Of a stretch of 64,000 nucleotides of DNA, positions 59,645-64,000 are shown one piece after another. The stretch lies in assembly GCA_905178155.1 (NCBI GenBank), contig CAJINV010000004.1, positions 7,880,771 to 7,944,770 on the forward strand, written 5' to 3'. The notes beneath the pieces were generated by a model. It ran no database searches. It saw nothing but the letters and a program-made list of their open reading frames with translations, and was not told where the DNA came from. The stretch is from Amoebophrya sp. A120. Taxonomy: Eukaryota; Protista; Dinoflagellata. Position numbers and translations under genes: made by a program. Numbering within the stretch: the stretch's first letter is position 1; every line of letters starts with the position of its first letter.

Positions 59645-62600
59645 AAATATGTGTAGTCTGAGTCTGTCGTTTTAAAATGTTCGAGGAAAATGTTGAATCT
59701 CGAACATTTGAACGCTAGAACCATGCTAAATTTGGCAAAAAATATGAGAATGACTATACGACAAGAACTTTTACTTTTCTCTCAAACTTTCGTGTGCTAT
59801 TTCAAGTGTGCTATTTCTTATGCGATAATAGTACCATGATCTCCTGTGCCTGTCCGATCTACAGCTTCTGAAACACGGGGTATGTTTAATCTTCAGCTAA
59901 TATCTTTTACTGAGCGCTAGTAGAAGCATTTTTATACTCTTCGATTTTTCACCTTGTTGGGCCGAAAATGCTTCTATGCGGAACAGCATAGTAGCTGTTC
60001 TCAAGGCCGTCACGAGCTTCGCCCAACAAGGCTTCTTTCACGACTCGAGCTATCGAGCAACATGTGTCTTTTTACAGGATAGCTTCGTCAGTCTCGGGTC
60101 GCAGGAAGGGCAGCAAGGAGCCTAGGTAGTTCCAGTGATACTAAATGGGCTAAAATAGTGCAGCGAGCTGATTGTACTCATCGGGGTTTGAAATAACAAG
60201 ATATCGCACAACCGCGTACGGTATCTCGCAGGAGGCCGCTTGCTTTAGGTGAAAGATCAGACGGGACAGTAAGGGATAACAAGAATAATCTCGTAGAACC
60301 CAGGGAATAGATTGTGTAATTTTCTAGGTTGAGTAGATTTTCACTTTTTTAATCCAAATGCACAAAACATTTTTTGAACGAAGCAAAATCGACATGAGTA
60401 GAATTATCCAATCTGACTGCTTGCATAATACGAAAATTCTTCTTTTTACACATGATATTGTTGTATTTTTCAGCATTATCGTCGTATACTGTCCTGCCTA
60501 GTTCAACTATGTAGGTTATCTCTCTCTCTCTCTTGTATTTTTCAGCATTAAACTAGGAGCTCTTCTTCGATCACCGGGGGATACTTATTGTAGTAGCGCG
60601 AGTTTGATGAAAATACCGCTATAGCGGCTTTGATGCGGTTGTGGGAGTTTTTTCTGATTCCATAATTGCAGCAATCAGGCCTTCACGATAGTAGCTACAG
60701 GATAGGGTTGTATTGAAGGCTCCCAGATCTCCCCCGGTCGTTGCAGATACAGCCTCTAGTTGACAACATAGAATGACAATCAATATGCCATGAAAGCTGT
60801 CCTGTAAAAGTCAAGCGATGCGGGATTCCAAGTCGACTCTTACTGACATATGGTTATCGAGTCTGATACTAGCGCAGTGAGTGGTTAAATCGGAGGAAGG
60901 AATTCCCTATTGGACTAAAAGAACCCATCGACTATTTGCTGCGTGTCGTAAGTATTAACAACAAAATGAACCTACAACCTACGAGCCTATACTAAATCGA
61001 AAACCGTAAAAACCTTCTACCTGTAGATGCAACAAAAATCCGACTTTTCATGTATACCACTGCTGGGACGATCATGTTGATGAACAACAAAATGCGACTC
61101 GACTAGGCAAGGAACCTCTAACCAATACTGCGGCTTGATTTATCCACAAACAGACTTCCGGTACATAACTGACTCGGACAACTGAGAACTCTACCACGCG
61201 AGGGCTTTGCTATTTCTCGTCCCTTTCCGCTGCAACTTTTTTTGCCAGTGGAAAGCAGAGAAAGATAGCCATTTCGTGCCCTCTGACCCATATTACCGTG
61301 CTATATTTTTACACCTCTATTGAAGATTGAGATTCTATTTCTACACTTGATGACTAATGCAAAAAACTTCTTCTCTTCTCTCAAAAGCGATAATTATTCC
61401 ATATTTTCACAGAACTTTACAACGCGAACTTTTTAACGAAATCTTCTTACTTTTTTACTGTTTTTTGTCGTCGAGTAATATCGATGGAACTACACCAATC
61501 TAGTAGTTCTACGGTCGATTGACAGTCTTTTACGATGAATCATGTTACCGAAATGCGGAAAAAATCTGCATCTGCATGCTTTGAAGGTTATAGACTCGCG
61601 CTTCTCTTCGCGGTGTTTTTATCTACTGTAGTCCGCGGTATGATAAGAGAACTCTACAATTTATTTCTAGCATGGTGCACATTTTAAAAACAAACCACAT
61701 CAACAATGAACCTCTACAAAAACGACAAAAAATCGACAAAACGATAGAGACCGCGATGTAAAAATTTCGAAAAGTCGAAAATAACGCACGCTGTCGGGCT
61801 CGGCATGAAGAAAAGTTTTCATCTTCTCTTCGCAGGTACTTAGTCGTGCTGCGGGTGTAAATGCTTTTCGATCTGTCGTACCGCGCTAGTAGTATCGAAA
61901 ATATTAAAGGCTGATATTTTTAGGTACTGCTTTATGCAAATCTGTACAGTGAAAGAACAACAAAAAATCTTCGCTATACTGCTACAACTCCATTTCACTA
62001 TACTCTACACATCTTCTTTTCCATAGTATCGAATAAGATCAGGATACAACTACAACGACCTAGTTTTTATCTGATAGATGGCGCAGGAGGTGGACGAGCA
62101 CAACACGCTATCAGGATAGGCTACCATCAATTGTACTAAGAGGGGCCGCTTTTTTTCGGTTTCGCTCTGGAGATTCTTTACTACGGGGGAAGAATTTATT
62201 ATTCAGCTTTTTTTGAACACAAAAATCTATGCGAGTTTTTTATCGGAAAACAAGCGCAATAAAAATATACAATCAAAATTCATCACAACCAGCACGTGGA
62301 TGAAACCCTGCCGCTCGAGGGTTCTTGCAACGAATCTGGCAGACGAGTAGACCAGAGATTCGAAGGGAGCAGATTGGTTGTTCGAGGAAGGAGCAAGACT
62401 TCAATGGAAAAAACGAAGGCAGCATGCGTTACTGGCGTGATGTCGACGACATGAAGATCTTGAATTTATTTTGTCGGCTAGCTGCATTTTTAGCAGCAGT
62501 TCGCTGCTATATACACTGCGACAAAGGTGGATCCAGCTACATAGAAATCCTAAACTGAGCAAGAAGACCTAGCAGCAGCACTGCAACATTGAGACCTGTA

Positions 62601-62966
62601 CCTGCTCGTATCAAAAATGAAGTGAACGTCAGCAAAACCAAAAAGCAAAAACCATTGCGAAAAAGATCATCACATGCGACTGATGCCATTAGCAATTTTA
62701 CTTGGACTCATTGCATAGCCAACATTTGATGTACTTCACTCCATATCAACAACCTTTCTCAACATCTCCTTTTGCTTCTCAGAAAACCGCACTCGATTTT
62801 GTACGGATAGAAAATTTGGATTTGCAATCTCAATTCCGATTTTTTAGGCGATAAAGTTTGCGGTTGTCGTAATTTGGCAGTAGTTTTCGACCACTTCTAG
62901 TCTCTGTAATTTCCGAAGTTTTTTTCGGGTGGATCATTTAAGGCTAAAACTCTCTCGCACAATAAA

Positions 62967-63816
62967 ATGTCGAGCTCCGGTGACAAGACTGCTGCTGCTG
63001 CCGCCCAGCAGAACCCGTTGGCCCACCTTCCAATCCCGCCGTTTCTGACCAACAAGGAGCAGCCGATCGGTATAATTTTGGTGAATTTGTAATGCATGTC
63101 ATGCATAATATTACAAAAGTGGCTTTTGCATGACAGAAATCGGAAAATGCACGCGAAATATTAAATCAACCCTACTCCTCCAGGTTGGGCCTTCTCCTCT
63201 TTTCTGGAGTTTATCATCGACAGCAAGCGACTCTTATCAAATGCAAATATGTCTGGGTCTGGAAGAGTCCGAGATTTGTCATGCAGTTTTTCCAAGCTCT
63301 CCCACGTCTGGAATGCAGGGCCTAGCGCACAGGGTCTGCAGCCCCTTGGAGGTGATGCCGACCCTGCATAAGAAATGCTCTCTCAGCATGATGGCTAGAA
63401 GTGTGGGCACCTTTTCTTGCACGTCATGCATCACAGATCTTTGTGAGATCTGCACCACGCATCACAAGTTCGGATCCTCCCTGACCCAGACATGTTTGCA
63501 GTGGATAACCCTTGCAGCGATGCACCAAGCCGGACGCGCGGGAATTCAAGAAGATTTCGGTGGCGTGCGCTATCGGCTTCGCGATTATGGGCTTCATCGG
63601 GTATAATGTTGTCTACTAATATGTCTTTGGCGTTCTTTTGCATGAAAAAAATTATTTTCAAACCTGAAACAGCATGACAAATTCAATTTTTATTTTTGCC
63701 GATGAAATTTGTGATGCTATTTATGCTAGCTGCATTACTTTTGCAATGCATACAGGTACGTCGTCAAGCTGGTGTTCATCCCGATCAACAACATCATCGT
63801 CGGGATGGGAATGTAA
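62967..63816 (+). CDS. SEC61G: Sec61 translocon gamma subunit (100 aa)
   Basis: Exons 62967-63069,63184-63234,63513-63600,63756-63816 give [54 protein letters not shown]. Confidence 0.97.
63235..63507. mobile_element. Introner family A in SEC61G
   Basis: TIRs; TSD actct/accct. Confidence 0.92.
63602..63752. mobile_element. Decayed family B-like element forming the GT-AG intron 63601-63755 (not counted among the 47)
   Basis: Starts TAT, ends acttttgcaatgcata, contains gcatgacaa and ttgtgatgc, B-like length. Confidence 0.55.
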
Positions 63817-64000
63817 AACGGGATCAGAAATTTAGTACTTGGTTTGAGCAAAAACTTCATTTCGCGCACGACCGGAAGCCCATCGTACACAGTTTCACCC
63901 AGCTGTTGAACTTAGCCAGCACACGATCTGCTCTACGTAGGAGCCGAGAACTACAGAAGCACGACTTCTTGCGGCCGGGTACATCAGCGATATTAACCAC

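Noticed and set aside
59645-62966. 3.3-kb ORF-poor region as a possible ncRNA or element locus
   Set aside because: No tRNA, rRNA, snRNA or repeat signature recognised by eye.
1-64000. Autonomous transposase or maturase for the introners
   Set aside because: No DDE, tyrosine recombinase, HUH or reverse-transcriptase motifs were recognised in this window.

Overview
Eukaryotic genomic DNA. The architecture matches what I recall being reported for the parasitic dinoflagellate Amoebophrya (Syndiniales); this assignment is an inference and was not checked by search. All recognisable genes lie on the + strand: a PH-like/coiled-coil protein, a saposin-like ER protein ending in ADEL, an ankyrin-like protein, a zeta-toxin-like P-loop kinase fused to a DUF3605/HIT-like domain, CDC37, two DUF285/BspA-repeat paralogues, a glycosyltransferase-like protein, two DnaJ paralogues with an XPA-like domain, eIF4G and SEC61-gamma. 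The dominant feature is 47 MITE-like 'introner' insertions of about 145-320 bp (one is 472 bp) in at least nine terminal-inverted-repeat (TIR) groups, counted by hand. Nearly all run TAT...ATA, are flanked by a 5-bp target-site duplication (TSD), and share an internal TGTNATGC / GCATNACA motif. Forty-five interrupt coding sequence. Removing each element plus one TSD copy restores continuous reading frames, including conserved motif spacing in CDC37 and SEC61G. Only 4 of the 45 can be read as GT-AG introns, and several families occur in both orientations. This implies structure- or protein-guided non-canonical splicing. Gene models were assembled by eye without RNA evidence.
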